A DNA stretch of 64,000 nucleotides from Dehalococcoidia bacterium (GCA_965207225.1 CBDBLV010000005.1:1856001-1920000); one strand, 5' to 3'; positions 29,650-39,802 are shown, counted from the stretch's first letter. Program-made: numbers and translations. The notes: a model not told the origin generated them from the sequence alone.

Positions 29650-30894
29650 ATGACGATGCTACTGGAACAGGACGCTGAGATAAAGCGGATCATAGATGCG
29701 GAGGCGGAGAGGCAGAAGCGAAAGATAGTGCTGATTGCCTCGGAGAACTACGCGAGCAAGGCGGTGCAGGAAGCGCAGGGGTCGATCCTGACCAACAAGT
29801 ATGCTGAGGGATATCCCGGGCGAAGGTACTACGGCGGGTGCGAGTTCGTGGACGAAGCCGAGAGCCTGGCCATCGAGAGGGCGAAGCAGCTTTTCGGGGC
29901 TGAGCACGTGAATGTTCAACCACACGCAGGGGCCCAGGCAAACATGGGGGTGTATTTCTCGCTACTGGAGCCCGGTGATACGGTCATGGGCCTCAGGCTG
30001 GACCAGGGCGGGCATCTGACCCACGGCAGCCCTGTGAATTTCTCGGGGCGGTACTACAACTTCGTGTCGTATGGGCTGGACCCGGACACGGAACTAATTG
30101 ACTACGAGAATGTGGCGAATCTGGCTCGGGAACATCGTCCAAAGATAATCGTGGCGGGGGCCACGGCGTATCCACGGACCATCGACTTTGCCCGATTCCG
30201 GGAGATTGCGGACGAGGTCGAGGCCCTGCTGATGGTGGACATGGCCCACATTGCGGGGCTGATTGCCGCGGGCGTGCACCCTTCGTGCATACCGCACGCC
30301 CAGGTTGTGACGACTACGACGCACAAGACGCTGCGCGGGCCCCGGGGGGCGATGATCCTGTGCAACCAGGACTTGGCGAGCTCCATTGACAAGGGTGTGT
30401 TCCCGAGGATGCAGGGTGGGCCGTTCATGCATGCAATAGCGGCCAAGGCCGTGGCATTTGGGGAGGCCCTGAGGCCCGAGTTCAAAGTGTACCAGCAGCA
30501 GGTGGTGGATAATGCGCGCATCCTGGCCAACCAGCTGCAGGAACTGGGTTTCAGGATAGTTTCAGGAGGGACGGACAACCACTTGATGCTGGTGGACGTG
30601 TCTACGTTCGGGTTGACGGGTAAGGAGGCGGAGGAGGCGTTGGATGCGGTGAACATCACGGCCAACAAAAACGCTATCCCAAACGACCCGAAGCCTCCCC
30701 GCATTACCAGTGGACTGAGAGTCGGGACTCCGGCGGTTACGAGTCGAGGGTTCGGGGCGAACGAGATGGCGGAGATAGCACGGCTGATGCACCGCGCAGT
30801 GACAAACATCGAAGACGAGAGGGTGAAAGCAGAGGTGACGGATGCCGTCGGGGCATTGACGTCACGGTTCCCGGTGCCGGGTATCGACTACTAG
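29650..30894 (+). CDS. glyA: Serine hydroxymethyltransferase
   Basis: [48 protein letters not shown]. Confidence 0.98.
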   Translation: MTMLLEQDAEIKRIIDAEAERQKRKIVLIASENYASKAVQEAQGSILTNKYAEGYPGRRYYGGCEFVDEAESLAIERAKQLFGAEHVNVQPHAGAQANMGVYFSLLEPGDTVMGLRLDQGGHLTHGSPVNFSGRYYNFVSYGLDPDTELIDYENVANLAREHRPKIIVAGATAYPRTIDFARFREIADEVEALLMVDMAHIAGLIAAGVHPSCIPHAQVVTTTTHKTLRGPRGAMILCNQDLASSIDKGVFPRMQGGPFMHAIAAKAVAFGEALRPEFKVYQQQVVDNARILANQLQELGFRIVSGGTDNHLMLVDVSTFGLTGKEAEEALDAVNITANKNAIPNDPKPPRITSGLRVGTPAVTSRGFGANEMAEIARLMHRAVTNIEDERVKAEVTDAVGALTSRFPVPGIDY

Positions 30895-30977
30895 GCCTAA
30901 GCGGAGTAGCATGCACACCTATGCTATAATGCACGGCGGCAAAAGACGGGATTCTATATAAGAGTTGGAGTTCGCAC

Positions 30978-31577
30978 TTGCAAGGTTACGAGATCGTGAC
31001 CATCGTCGATCCGCAAATAGCGGACGAGGATGTTCCCAAGACATCAGATAAGATCAACGAATTCATCACGTCCAGGGGCGGCGCCGTGGCCCGGGTGCAG
31101 CGGTGGGGAAGGCGTCGGCTGGCGCACCCAATCAAGAGACAGGTGGAAGCCCATTACCTGCTGACTACCTTCGAGCTTGATCCAGCGAAATCCTCGGAAC
31201 TGGAGGCAGACCTAGTATTGGCCCAAGAGGTGCTGAAGCACATGGTGGTCAAGCTGGATGACGAGGAGTTCCAGAGGGCTTCCGAGGAGCCGCCTCCACC
31301 ACCAGTTGTGGCGGAACCTCCGGTCGCAAACACCGAATCTGCTGATACGAGCGATGCTCCGGCGGCCGAGGCATCAACAGCCGAAGCGATGCCGGAAGAC
31401 TCCGGTTCTGAGGAGGCTGTGGCGGAGGCTACAGCACCAGTAGCCGAGGACCCTGCACCTGAACCAGCTGCTGAGGAAACTGCAGAGCCGGTGGCAGAAG
31501 AAAGCTCGGAAAGTGATAAGGGATCGGGGGACGGGGGAGGGGCTGAGGCAGAGTCGGAGGATAAGGAAGGGTCATAG
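30978..31577 (+). CDS. rpsF: 30S ribosomal protein S6 with long acidic tail
   Basis: YEIVTIVDP, WGRRRLAHPIK, VLKHMVVK; rpsF-ssb-rpsR order. Confidence 0.92.
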   Translation: MQGYEIVTIVDPQIADEDVPKTSDKINEFITSRGGAVARVQRWGRRRLAHPIKRQVEAHYLLTTFELDPAKSSELEADLVLAQEVLKHMVVKLDDEEFQRASEEPPPPPVVAEPPVANTESADTSDAPAAEASTAEAMPEDSGSEEAVAEATAPVAEDPAPEPAAEETAEPVAEESSESDKGSGDGGGAEAESEDKEGS

Positions 31578-31579
31578 CC

Positions 31580-31984
31580 ATGGTGGGCTTGAACAAGATA
31601 ATAGTGATCGGGAATCTGGGCACCGACCCTGAGATGCGGTACACGCCCAACGGCAATGCGGTGACGTCCTTCCGGCTGGCGGTGAGCAGGTCATATACGA
31701 CAAGGGACGGGGAACGCCGGCAGGAGACGGAGTGGTTCAGGATAGTGGCTTGGAACCAGCAGGCCGAGTCCTGTAACCAGTTCTTGCAGAAGGGCAAGAA
31801 GGTCTACGTCGAAGGCAGGCTGAAGAGTGATACCTGGGAGGGTCGGGATGGCCAGACGAGGTTCACTAACGAGATTATTGCTGACCGGGTCCTGTTCCTG
31901 GACCGCCAGCCCGTAACTACTATGCCGGGAGAAGAGTCTTACGGTGATGATGGCGGGATGGATGCGGAGGACCTGCCGTTTTAG
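31580..31984 (+). CDS. ssb: Single-stranded DNA-binding protein
   Basis: LNKIIVIGNLGTDPEMRYT, TEWF, VYVEGRL, C-terminal EDLPF. Confidence 0.97.
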   Translation: MVGLNKIIVIGNLGTDPEMRYTPNGNAVTSFRLAVSRSYTTRDGERRQETEWFRIVAWNQQAESCNQFLQKGKKVYVEGRLKSDTWEGRDGQTRFTNEIIADRVLFLDRQPVTTMPGEESYGDDGGMDAEDLPF

Positions 31985-32056
31985 GGCCGTTCACCAGTTG
32001 ATGATTTGACTCAGACAGTCGAGCTGAGTGACAGCAGCAGAAAGGGATAAGCCAAA

Positions 32057-32365
32057 GTGGTTCAGTCAAGGCCGAGAACGGGTCCACCCAGGGAGAGGCG
32101 AGGAGGCAGGCCGTGGTTTGCGCGCCGCCGGAAAGTCTGCTCTTTCTGCGTCGACAAGGTGAAGAGCATCGACTACAAGGACCCTGTGAAACTGAGGCGT
32201 TTCATTTCGGACAGGGCGAAAATAGAGCCCCGACGAAAGACGGGTACGTGCGCAAAACACCAGCGCATGCTAACCAGGGCCATCAAGAGGGCCCGTACGA
32301 TAGCCCTGCTGCCCATAGCGGCCAACCACATTCTGGACACCGGCCCGATAGTCGTCTCCGCATAG
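32057..32365 (+). CDS. rpsR: 30S ribosomal protein S18 (zinc-binding form)
   Basis: [31 protein letters not shown]. Confidence 0.97.
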   Translation: MVQSRPRTGPPRERRGGRPWFARRRKVCSFCVDKVKSIDYKDPVKLRRFISDRAKIEPRRKTGTCAKHQRMLTRAIKRARTIALLPIAANHILDTGPIVVSA

Positions 32366-32451
32366 GGAGGCGACCTGACTTGACAGACATGTCTCCAGGG
32401 ATGATATCCGAGAGACGTGGATCCTTCTGACAATCCAACTGATCGCCACAC

Positions 32452-33765
32452 ATGAGCACCCAACCAGTTGCCCCATCGAAGAAGATTGGGATTGGACTAA
32501 TGGGCGTCGGGGTGGTGGGGAAGGGGGTGGCGGCCCTGTTGAACGAGAAGGCTGGGGCGCTGGACGCGGGCCCCGGCCGATCCCTGGAGATTCGTAAGAT
32601 TCTTGTCAGAGACCTCGCCAAGTCGCGACCCGGCTTTTTGTCTTCTTCGCTTTTAACCACGAACCCGGACAATCTGCTCCGTGACCCGGATATAGACATA
32701 GTTGTTGAGGTGATGGGTGGGGAGGAGCCGGCTCGGGGGTATATCAGCGAGGCGTTGTCCCAGGGGAAGCACGTGGTGACGGCCAACAAGGAGGTGATGG
32801 GGAAGCACGGACCGGACCTGTCGGGAATGGCCCAAGAGAAAGGCGTAGCGCTGCTATACGAAGCTAGTGCGGGGGGCGGGATTCCCCTTATCAGCACACT
32901 GCAGCATGATCTTTCGGCCAATGAAGTCCAGGGCATTACGGCTATCATCAACGGGACGACAAACTACATCCTGACTAGGATGTCCAACGAGGGCATCGAA
33001 TACGGGGAAGCGTTGGCCCAGGCCATGGAACTGGGTTATGCGGAACCTGACCCATCGGCGGACATTGAAGGGACAGATGCGGCGCACAAGCTGGCCCTGA
33101 TTGCCAGCCTGGCATTCCACTCTGAAGTACGTTCTTCGGATGTATATTGCGAAGGGATATCCCGGCTCGCGGCTCGGGACTTCCAGTACGCCCGGGAACT
33201 GGGCTATGCAATCAAGCTGCTGGCCATTGCGAAGAATGACGGGGAGTCGATCCATGTCGGAGTTCACCCGACGCTGATATCCGAAGACCTGCTCCTGGCC
33301 AAAGTGGACGGGGTGTTCAATGCCATCCAGATAGATGCCGACGTGGCAGGCCGCATTCTGCTCTACGGACGGGGCGCGGGCCCCGAGCCGACAGCCAGCG
33401 CGATAATCTCGGACGTACTGAGAATTGCGAAGGCGATGTCGATGGGGCAGGCGAACGGATGGCCGGCGTCGGTGGCTGCTCCGAAGGCGATCAAGCCGAT
33501 GGAGGAGACCGAGAGCCAGTTCTACGTGCGCATGACGGTGGACGACACTTATGGCGTGATGGCACAAATTACGCACATTTTCCAAGAGCTGAAGATCAGC
33601 CTGGCTTCAGTGATCCAGAAGCGGTCGGATCCGGTGAACAAGACTGCGGAGATAGTATTGATGACCCACCCGGCGCCCGAGAAGGCGATGAGGAAGTCGG
33701 TGAAGATGATGGAGGGGCTGAACGCAGTGAGGGAAATTGGCAACGTGGTCCGGGTGGAAGGCTAG
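32452..33765 (+). CDS. hom: Homoserine dehydrogenase with ACT domain
   Basis: GLMGVGVVG, VVTANK, YEASAGGGIP, NGTTNYIL, GYAEPDP, GRGAG. Confidence 0.95.
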   Translation: MSTQPVAPSKKIGIGLMGVGVVGKGVAALLNEKAGALDAGPGRSLEIRKILVRDLAKSRPGFLSSSLLTTNPDNLLRDPDIDIVVEVMGGEEPARGYISEALSQGKHVVTANKEVMGKHGPDLSGMAQEKGVALLYEASAGGGIPLISTLQHDLSANEVQGITAIINGTTNYILTRMSNEGIEYGEALAQAMELGYAEPDPSADIEGTDAAHKLALIASLAFHSEVRSSDVYCEGISRLAARDFQYARELGYAIKLLAIAKNDGESIHVGVHPTLISEDLLLAKVDGVFNAIQIDADVAGRILLYGRGAGPEPTASAIISDVLRIAKAMSMGQANGWPASVAAPKAIKPMEETESQFYVRMTVDDTYGVMAQITHIFQELKISLASVIQKRSDPVNKTAEIVLMTHPAPEKAMRKSVKMMEGLNAVREIGNVVRVEG

Positions 33766-33779
33766 GGATGGGGATACGG

Positions 33780-34850
33780 ATGGGACAGGGAGTCCTGGGC
33801 AGATACGGCGAATATCTCCCGTTAACGGATAAGACGCCGATGATCACCATCGGCGAGGGGAGCACACCCCTGGTGCGTTCCAGGGTCATTGAGAAGGAGC
33901 TGGGGGTCGGGGAGCTGTATTTCAAGCTGGAGGGGTGCAACCCGACAGGATCGTTCAAGGACAGGGGTATGGTGGTGGCAGTGGCCAAGGCACTGGAGGC
34001 GAAAGCGGAGGCGATAATGTGCGCCTCTACGGGGAATACGAGCGCCTCGGCATCGGCTTTCGGGGCCCGGTTCGGACTGGCGACCTACGTCCTGGCACCG
34101 AAAGGAAGGATAGCAAAGGGAAAGCTATCACAGGCACTGGTGCATGGGGCCAAGCTGGTAAGCGTGGACGGCAATTTCGATGAAATCTTGAGAATAGCAC
34201 AGGCCTTGACTGACAAATTTGAAGTGGCTTTCGTCAACTCTCTAAACCCTCACCGAATAGAAGGGCAAAAGACAGCGGCGTTCGAGATTGTGGATGAACT
34301 GGGGTCGGCGCCCGACTACCTGATGGTTCCGGTAGGCAATGCGGGAAACATCACAGCTTACTGGAAGGGATTCAAGGAGTACGCCGAGCTCGGAAGGGCA
34401 TCGAGCAGGCCGCGCATGATGGGCTTTCAAGCCGCCGGAGCGGCGCCAATAGTTGAAGGAAAGCCGGTGGAAAACCCTCAAACTGTGGCCTCTGCGATCA
34501 GGATAGGGAATCCAGCTAGCTGGGATGGTGCACTGGCGGCGGAGAGGGAGTCAGGAGGGGCCATTAGCAAGGTCACTGATGATGAAATCCTGGATGCCTA
34601 CGGTGCAATGGCAGAGAAAGAGGGGATATTCGGGGAGCCGGCGTCTGCGGCCTCTGTGGCGGGGCTGTATAGTATGGTGGGAGATGGGCAGGACCTACGG
34701 GACTCTTCGGTGGTCTGCGTAATCACCGGAACCGGTTTGAAAGACCAGGAGATAGCGTTGCAGAGCCGGGGCACATTCTTGGAGGCGCCATCGACAGTAG
34801 ATGGGGTGGAAGGGGTGTTGGGGTTGAGCCGGGTTCGGGCCTCCGCTTAG
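33780..34850 (+). CDS. thrC: Threonine synthase
   Basis: GEGSTPL, NPTGSFKDRG, CASTGNTSAS, EGQKT, PVGNAGN, AIRIGNP, TGTGLKD; start 33768 or 33780. Confidence 0.95.
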   Translation: MGQGVLGRYGEYLPLTDKTPMITIGEGSTPLVRSRVIEKELGVGELYFKLEGCNPTGSFKDRGMVVAVAKALEAKAEAIMCASTGNTSASASAFGARFGLATYVLAPKGRIAKGKLSQALVHGAKLVSVDGNFDEILRIAQALTDKFEVAFVNSLNPHRIEGQKTAAFEIVDELGSAPDYLMVPVGNAGNITAYWKGFKEYAELGRASSRPRMMGFQAAGAAPIVEGKPVENPQTVASAIRIGNPASWDGALAAERESGGAISKVTDDEILDAYGAMAEKEGIFGEPASAASVAGLYSMVGDGQDLRDSSVVCVITGTGLKDQEIALQSRGTFLEAPSTVDGVEGVLGLSRVRASA

Positions 34851-34859
34851 GAAATACAG

Positions 34860-35420
34860 TTGATAGACAAGGAAGCGATACAGGGTGCGGTCGAGCGGAT
34901 AATATGCGGGCTTGGGGTTGAGGGGACCAGCGATGGGTTGAAAGACACTCCCGCAAGAGTGGCTGCGGCGTACGAAGAGCTGTTTTCGGGGGTGGGTCGG
35001 GATCCGAGGGAGGACCTGGCTGCGTGTTTCATGGAGGAGCACGAAGACCTGGTGATGGTAAGAGACATGCCCCTGTACTCCATGTGTGAGCATCACCTGC
35101 TGCCATTCTTCGGCACGGCACACATCGGATATTTGCCCAGCGGAAAGGTGGCAGGCGTGAGCAAGTTGGCCCGGGTGGTGGAAGTGCTGTCACGGAGGCC
35201 GCAGATGCAGGAACGCCTGACTGAGCAGGCGGCGGACACGATATATGACGCAGTATCCCCTGACGGGCTGGCGGTGATAATCAATGCGGAACACCTGTGT
35301 ATGACCATGCGTGGAATACAAAAGCCCGGGACCCGGATCGTTACGCTGGCCGCGAGGGGAAGGTTTGAAAAGGGGCGGTTCAGCAAAGAACAACTCATTT
35401 CGATACTCCAGGGGAGTTGA
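34860..35420 (+). CDS. folE: GTP cyclohydrolase I
   Basis: LKDTPARVA, SMCEHHLLPF, SKLAR, QERLT, HLCMTMRG. Confidence 0.95.
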   Translation: MIDKEAIQGAVERIICGLGVEGTSDGLKDTPARVAAAYEELFSGVGRDPREDLAACFMEEHEDLVMVRDMPLYSMCEHHLLPFFGTAHIGYLPSGKVAGVSKLARVVEVLSRRPQMQERLTEQAADTIYDAVSPDGLAVIINAEHLCMTMRGIQKPGTRIVTLAARGRFEKGRFSKEQLISILQGS

Positions 35421-36400
35421 TGTCGGGGCTGCGTATAGAGCGGGAGACATTTTCGGGGTTGGGGCCTCGGTGGGAGGAGTTGTTGGAGAGGGCGGCAGCG
35501 AACAACATTTTCCTCAGTCCACAATGGCAAAGTCTCTGGTGGAACTCACTAGCGGATGACGAGGAGATGATGCTGTTAGCCTGTCTGGACGAGAACGATC
35601 TGGTAGGAGTGCTGCCCCTCAAGAGAAAAGAGGGGCATCTTTCATTCATTGGCAGTGCAAACGTGTGCGACTACATGGACTTCGTGGTAGCGGAGGGTCG
35701 AGAGAAGGAGGTGCACCAGGCTATTGGGGAATACGTGCTGGGTTTGGAGTGGAAGACGCTGGAACTCAATGGGGTTGATGGCAAGTCTGCGACGATGACG
35801 CACCTGGTCGAATGTCTGAGGGGTTGTGGGGTGGAGGTGACGGTGAGGCCGGAAGAGGTGTGTCCGACGGTGAAGCTGCCCGGGAGCTGGGACGAATATC
35901 TGTCGAGACTGAGCAAGAAAGACCGGCATGAGCTGCGCCGGAAGCTGCGTCGTCTTTACAGTGCAGGAGACGTGAGATATCATATCGCCGCTCAATGTGA
36001 CGAATTTCCCAATGACTTGGAGGTGTTTCTGAGGCTGCTGGAGGGCAGTCGGGCTGATAAGGCTGCATTCATGACGCCGAGGATGAGAAAGTTCTTCGAG
36101 AACAGTCTCAACGGGTTGGCAAAGACGGGCTCGGTGCGGCTCAGCTTCCTGGAGGTGGACGGAGAGCGGGTATCAGCGACCGTGTGCTTCGACTACGACA
36201 ACCGGTATTTCCTCTACAACAGCGGGTTCAATACGGAGTATTCGCACCTGAGCGTTGGGCTTCTTCTGAAAGCGTTGTGCCTGAAGACAGCCATAGAAAC
36301 GGGCAAGACAGAGTTCAATTTCCTGAGAGGCTCCGAGCCGTACAAATATCACCTGGGGGCAGTTGACGAAGTTGTATACACGATATCAGCAAACCGCTAG
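35420..36400 (+). CDS. CelD/BcsL-like GNAT acetyltransferase
   Basis: FLSPQW, DYMDF, SWDEYL, RRKLRR, SVGLLL, FLRGSEPYK. Confidence 0.8.
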   Translation: MSGLRIERETFSGLGPRWEELLERAAANNIFLSPQWQSLWWNSLADDEEMMLLACLDENDLVGVLPLKRKEGHLSFIGSANVCDYMDFVVAEGREKEVHQAIGEYVLGLEWKTLELNGVDGKSATMTHLVECLRGCGVEVTVRPEEVCPTVKLPGSWDEYLSRLSKKDRHELRRKLRRLYSAGDVRYHIAAQCDEFPNDLEVFLRLLEGSRADKAAFMTPRMRKFFENSLNGLAKTGSVRLSFLEVDGERVSATVCFDYDNRYFLYNSGFNTEYSHLSVGLLLKALCLKTAIETGKTEFNFLRGSEPYKYHLGAVDEVVYTISANR

Positions 36401-36436
36401 GGAGCCGTACTCCTTTTCCATTCAGTACGTTCATTC

Positions 36437-37660
36437 ATGTCCATGTCCACGGATACTCTGCGGGTAGCGCTAGTCAGCGTCCACGGTTGTCCCCTCGCCC
36501 GATTGGGAGAGAAGGACACCGGGGGCATGAACGTATACCTGCTGCAACTGACCAAGGAGCTGGGCAGCCTGGGCATCACCGCCGACGTATACACCCGATT
36601 CCACGACCCGAACGATCCCGAGATAGTTCAGCTGGGCCCCGGGGCACGGGTCATTCACGTCAAAGCGGGCCCCTGGTACGAGACCAAGGACGGGATTTAT
36701 CCTCTGCTTCCGGAATTCGTAGAGAACATGCTGCGCTTCCAGCGTGAGCGCGGGCTCTCTTACGATCTATACCATAGTCATTACTGGCTGTCGGGGGAGG
36801 TGGTGGCGAGATTGAACCGGCGGGAGAGGCTGCCACATGTTGCGAGTTTCCATACGCTTGGGGAAGCGAAGGTAAGGGCTCGGGCGGAGGAGAGCGAGAG
36901 CGAAGTGCGAATACGATCGGAAAGGGACATTCTGCACAGGGCTGACCGCATCGTGGCGGTGAGCGAACACGAACGGGGCAACATGATCGACTTCTACGGG
37001 GCCCCGGGGGAGCGGATACAGGTGATCCCGTGCGGTGTGGACATGGACATCTTCAAGCCAATGCCCAGGAGCCAGGCGAGAGCGGAGCTAGGGTTGGGCA
37101 GCGAAAAGGTCCTGTTGTACGTCGGGAGGGTGCAGCCTCTCAAGGGGCCCGAGTTTCTCCTGGAAGGAGTTGCGAGGCTGGGGGTGCGGTCCGGGTTGAA
37201 GGTGTTGATCGTGGGGGGAGCCGTGACAGGCGACGATGAAGTGGACAAAGTAAGGCGCCTGGCGGAGGAATTGGGAATCGGGCGGATGGTCTCCTTTGAA
37301 GGGACAGTGCCCCATAAGAAACTGGTGCATTACTACAACGCCGCAGACCTGTGCGTTGTGCCATCTTTCTACGAAAGCTTCGGGCTGGTGGCGGCAGAGG
37401 CGATGGCCTGTGGCACGCCGGTGGTAGCCACAGCGGTCGGGGGGTTGCCGGAGACCGTGAAGGATGGGCTGAACGGCTGCCTAATCCGGGAGCGAAGGCC
37501 GGAGGCGCTGGCCGAGAAGGTGAGCTTGTTGCTGGATGATCCGCAACTACGAGGCTTGCTGGCATCGAAGGCACGGGAGTCGGTGGCGGGGTTGGACTGG
37601 CCGCGGGTAGCGGGTCGGGTGGCGGGGCTTTACGAGTCGGTGTACCGGGCGGTCAACTAG
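36437..37660 (+). CDS. MshA-like GT4 glycosyltransferase
   Basis: HGCPLARLGEKDTGGMNVY, HSHYWLSG, FHTL, VGRVQPLKG, ESFGLVAAEAMACGTPV, matching MshA-type signatures. Confidence 0.8.
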   Translation: MSMSTDTLRVALVSVHGCPLARLGEKDTGGMNVYLLQLTKELGSLGITADVYTRFHDPNDPEIVQLGPGARVIHVKAGPWYETKDGIYPLLPEFVENMLRFQRERGLSYDLYHSHYWLSGEVVARLNRRERLPHVASFHTLGEAKVRARAEESESEVRIRSERDILHRADRIVAVSEHERGNMIDFYGAPGERIQVIPCGVDMDIFKPMPRSQARAELGLGSEKVLLYVGRVQPLKGPEFLLEGVARLGVRSGLKVLIVGGAVTGDDEVDKVRRLAEELGIGRMVSFEGTVPHKKLVHYYNAADLCVVPSFYESFGLVAAEAMACGTPVVATAVGGLPETVKDGLNGCLIRERRPEALAEKVSLLLDDPQLRGLLASKARESVAGLDWPRVAGRVAGLYESVYRAVN

Positions 37661-37666
37661 GGCCGA

Positions 37667-38572
37667 CTAAAGGATCCGCTCGTACCAGACGGTCACGGCC
37701 TGTCTCCTGAATCCACCGGCACGATAGATCCTGTGCGCGCTCGGGTTGAGGCTGTCGACGGTGAGGTCGATGCGGGAAGCGCCCGAATCTCTCAGGTACT
37801 GGACGCCGGCCCGCATTATCGAGGTGCCGAGGCCCTTGCCCCGGTATTCGGGGTGGGCACCCATCATTCCTATCCAGCCCTGGGTGCTCTTTTCACTGCG
37901 TTCCAGCCGGGTCCAATTGAAGCCGATGGTGTTGTCGCCGTCCAGTACGAGAAGGATGTCGTTGAAGGAGAAGAGGCCCATGCGGACCTTGTAATAGATG
38001 TCCTCGGGGCGGTTGGGGCTGTAGCCCCAGTGTTTGGCGAAGGAGAGGTTCTGGATGAAGCGGAGCCGGTCTTCGTCGCCTTCACAGAAGTGGCGGAGCT
38101 GGAAGCCTTCGTAGAGGTCGGGGTTGGGGACGGACGTGGGGTCGTTGAGCTTCATCTCCCAGAACTTGCGGATGAATCGGAAGCCGCAGCGCCTGGCAAG
38201 TCTTCGTGCGTTGAGTGCTGCGTATGGAACGGCCATCTGGATGATTTCGTAGCCGAGGTCGGATGCCCGATCAGCCGATGCTTCGACGAGTCGGGTGCCG
38301 GCGCCCTGGCGAAGGTGGTCGGGGTGGACGGCTCCTTCGAGGACGACGCGTTTCAAGGGCGGCTCGAGGTTGGCGATGAGGTAGCCGATGGGAGAGTCGC
38401 CATCGAGGGCGAGGAATACGTCACGCTCCGGGTCGATGGTGGGTTGACCTAGCCAGACGGAGAGGTTGTCGAGTGAACGGCCGGCCCACCAACCCTTGTC
38501 GCCGTGGATGGAGTTTGTGAGAGACCAGAGGCGGTCCAGGTCTGAGTGTTGGTAGCTTTTGACGGTGATTAT
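37667..38572 (-). CDS. MshD-like tandem-GNAT acetyltransferase, ATA start
   Basis: Two GNAT motifs (VHPDHLRQGAG; HPEYRGKGLG), SFAKHWG, GFNWT; frame open 72 codons upstream of the ORF-track TTG to an ATA 8 nt after TAAGGAGG, giving 301 aa. Confidence 0.75.
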   Translation of the reverse strand: MITVKSYQHSDLDRLWSLTNSIHGDKGWWAGRSLDNLSVWLGQPTIDPERDVFLALDGDSPIGYLIANLEPPLKRVVLEGAVHPDHLRQGAGTRLVEASADRASDLGYEIIQMAVPYAALNARRLARRCGFRFIRKFWEMKLNDPTSVPNPDLYEGFQLRHFCEGDEDRLRFIQNLSFAKHWGYSPNRPEDIYYKVRMGLFSFNDILLVLDGDNTIGFNWTRLERSEKSTQGWIGMMGAHPEYRGKGLGTSIMRAGVQYLRDSGASRIDLTVDSLNPSAHRIYRAGGFRRQAVTVWYERIL

Positions 38573-38710
38573 GGTATGGGCCTCCTTATGTGATTTGACG
38601 CTGGATGTGTAATTCTCAGGTTACATATTGGGGGGTGGAGGGGCAAGGGGTTGGCTCCGTCGATAGGCCGGAGGAATACGGGGTCGTTGTCCAGTTGTGG
38701 GGGTGGGGTT

Positions 38711-38854
38711 TTGATTGAACGTTGATTGAACTCGTAGCTGGTTTGATTGAACGATGCCTAGAGGGATTTCTGGGGATTTCGCGTGTCGCTGGGGGCAAGG
38801 AAGATGGGCGAGTTTTTGATTGTTTTGCGGTTTCAGGCACGGCTTTGATTGTTT
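38711..38854. repeat. Phased TTGATTG repeats
   Basis: TTGATTGAAC at 38711, 38722, 38743; TTTGATTGTTT at about 38815 and 38844. Confidence 0.7.
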
Positions 38855-38866
38855 AAGGAACACGGA

Positions 38867-38994
38867 GGGAACCCTCACCCCCTTTATCCCCCTCTCCCTT
38901 AGGGCCTTTAAGGGAGAGGGGGAAGGAAAAACAGAGGGAGCAGTTGGCGCGCCTGCGCCAACTGCTCCCTCTAGTTTCAATACTGGGGGAGGAA
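38867..38994. repeat. Double-hairpin repeat, copy 1
   Basis: 15-bp stem 38887-38923 plus 18-bp stem 38933-38972; direct repeat of 40345-40471. Confidence 0.85.
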
Positions 38995-39478
38995 AGGAGG
39001 GATTCTTGACCGGAGTCGGGGACGACAGAGAGGGGCGCCTCAGTCTCAGAAGAAGGAAGGGAACGCTCACCCCCTTGGTCCCCCTCTCCCCCTCGAGGGG
39101 CTCGGGGCAGGCGCTTCCCTCTAGTTTGGTACTGGGGAGCGGGGAGGGGGCACCACCCCAGATTCCTCGCGGGGCATCGGAATGACAGTGTGAGGGGTGT
39201 TGGTTTGTGATTACAATCCCACACGCTGGGGAGGGGATCACCCTCACCCCAGCCCTCTCCCCTCGAGGGAGAGGGGGTAGGACTCCTCCCCTCGACTCCG
39301 CCCGTGGGGTGGATTCTAGATCGGGGGCGGGAGTGACAGTGTAAGAGTCGGGGCGGAGGGAGAGGGGGAGGGGGAGGGGGTGGAAGGTCCCGGACGGTTT
39401 GCGCAGGATGTCGGCGACGCCTGTTCCGATGCGGGGTGTCCGCCCCCGGGGACGGTCCACACCAGCGTCGATTCTGCG

Positions 39479-39802
39479 ACAGCCCCACACTTCCGATAGG
39501 ATGTGGACGAGACGCGAGATATTCTCGCTCTGGGGCAGCCTCGTCCACCGGAAGCGCTCTAGCACCCCAAGGGGTGAGAGCATGGACCCGTGACCGCCGT
39601 TCATAGACCGGAACTTGCCGATGGTGACGACGGTGGAATCACAGCCCCATACTTCCGAGAGGATGTGGACGAGACACGAGAAAATCCCGCTCTGGGGCAG
39701 TCTCGCCCACTGGAAGTGCTCTAGCACCCCAAGGGGTGAGAGCGAGGACCCGTGACCGGCGTTCGTAGACCGGAACTTACCGGTGGTGACGACGGTGGAA
39801 TC
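39479..39802 (-). ncRNA. Two tandem 162-nt structured modules (candidate ncRNA)
   Basis: Exact 162-bp period, 16 substitutions, no indels; stems retained with G-U pairs on the minus strand; potential pseudoknot. Confidence 0.5.

Noticed and set aside
33459-33779. N-terminal extensions in the ORF track (thrC, purF, GMC, PHP, sugar-binding protein, integrase)
   Set aside because: They overlap upstream genes or promoters; family motifs and SD sites indicate downstream starts.
39479-39802. CRISPR array or tandem cobalamin riboswitch
   Set aside because: No short repeat-spacer periodicity and no cas genes; only ACUGCCCC resembles the cobalamin motif, and the B12 box is absent.
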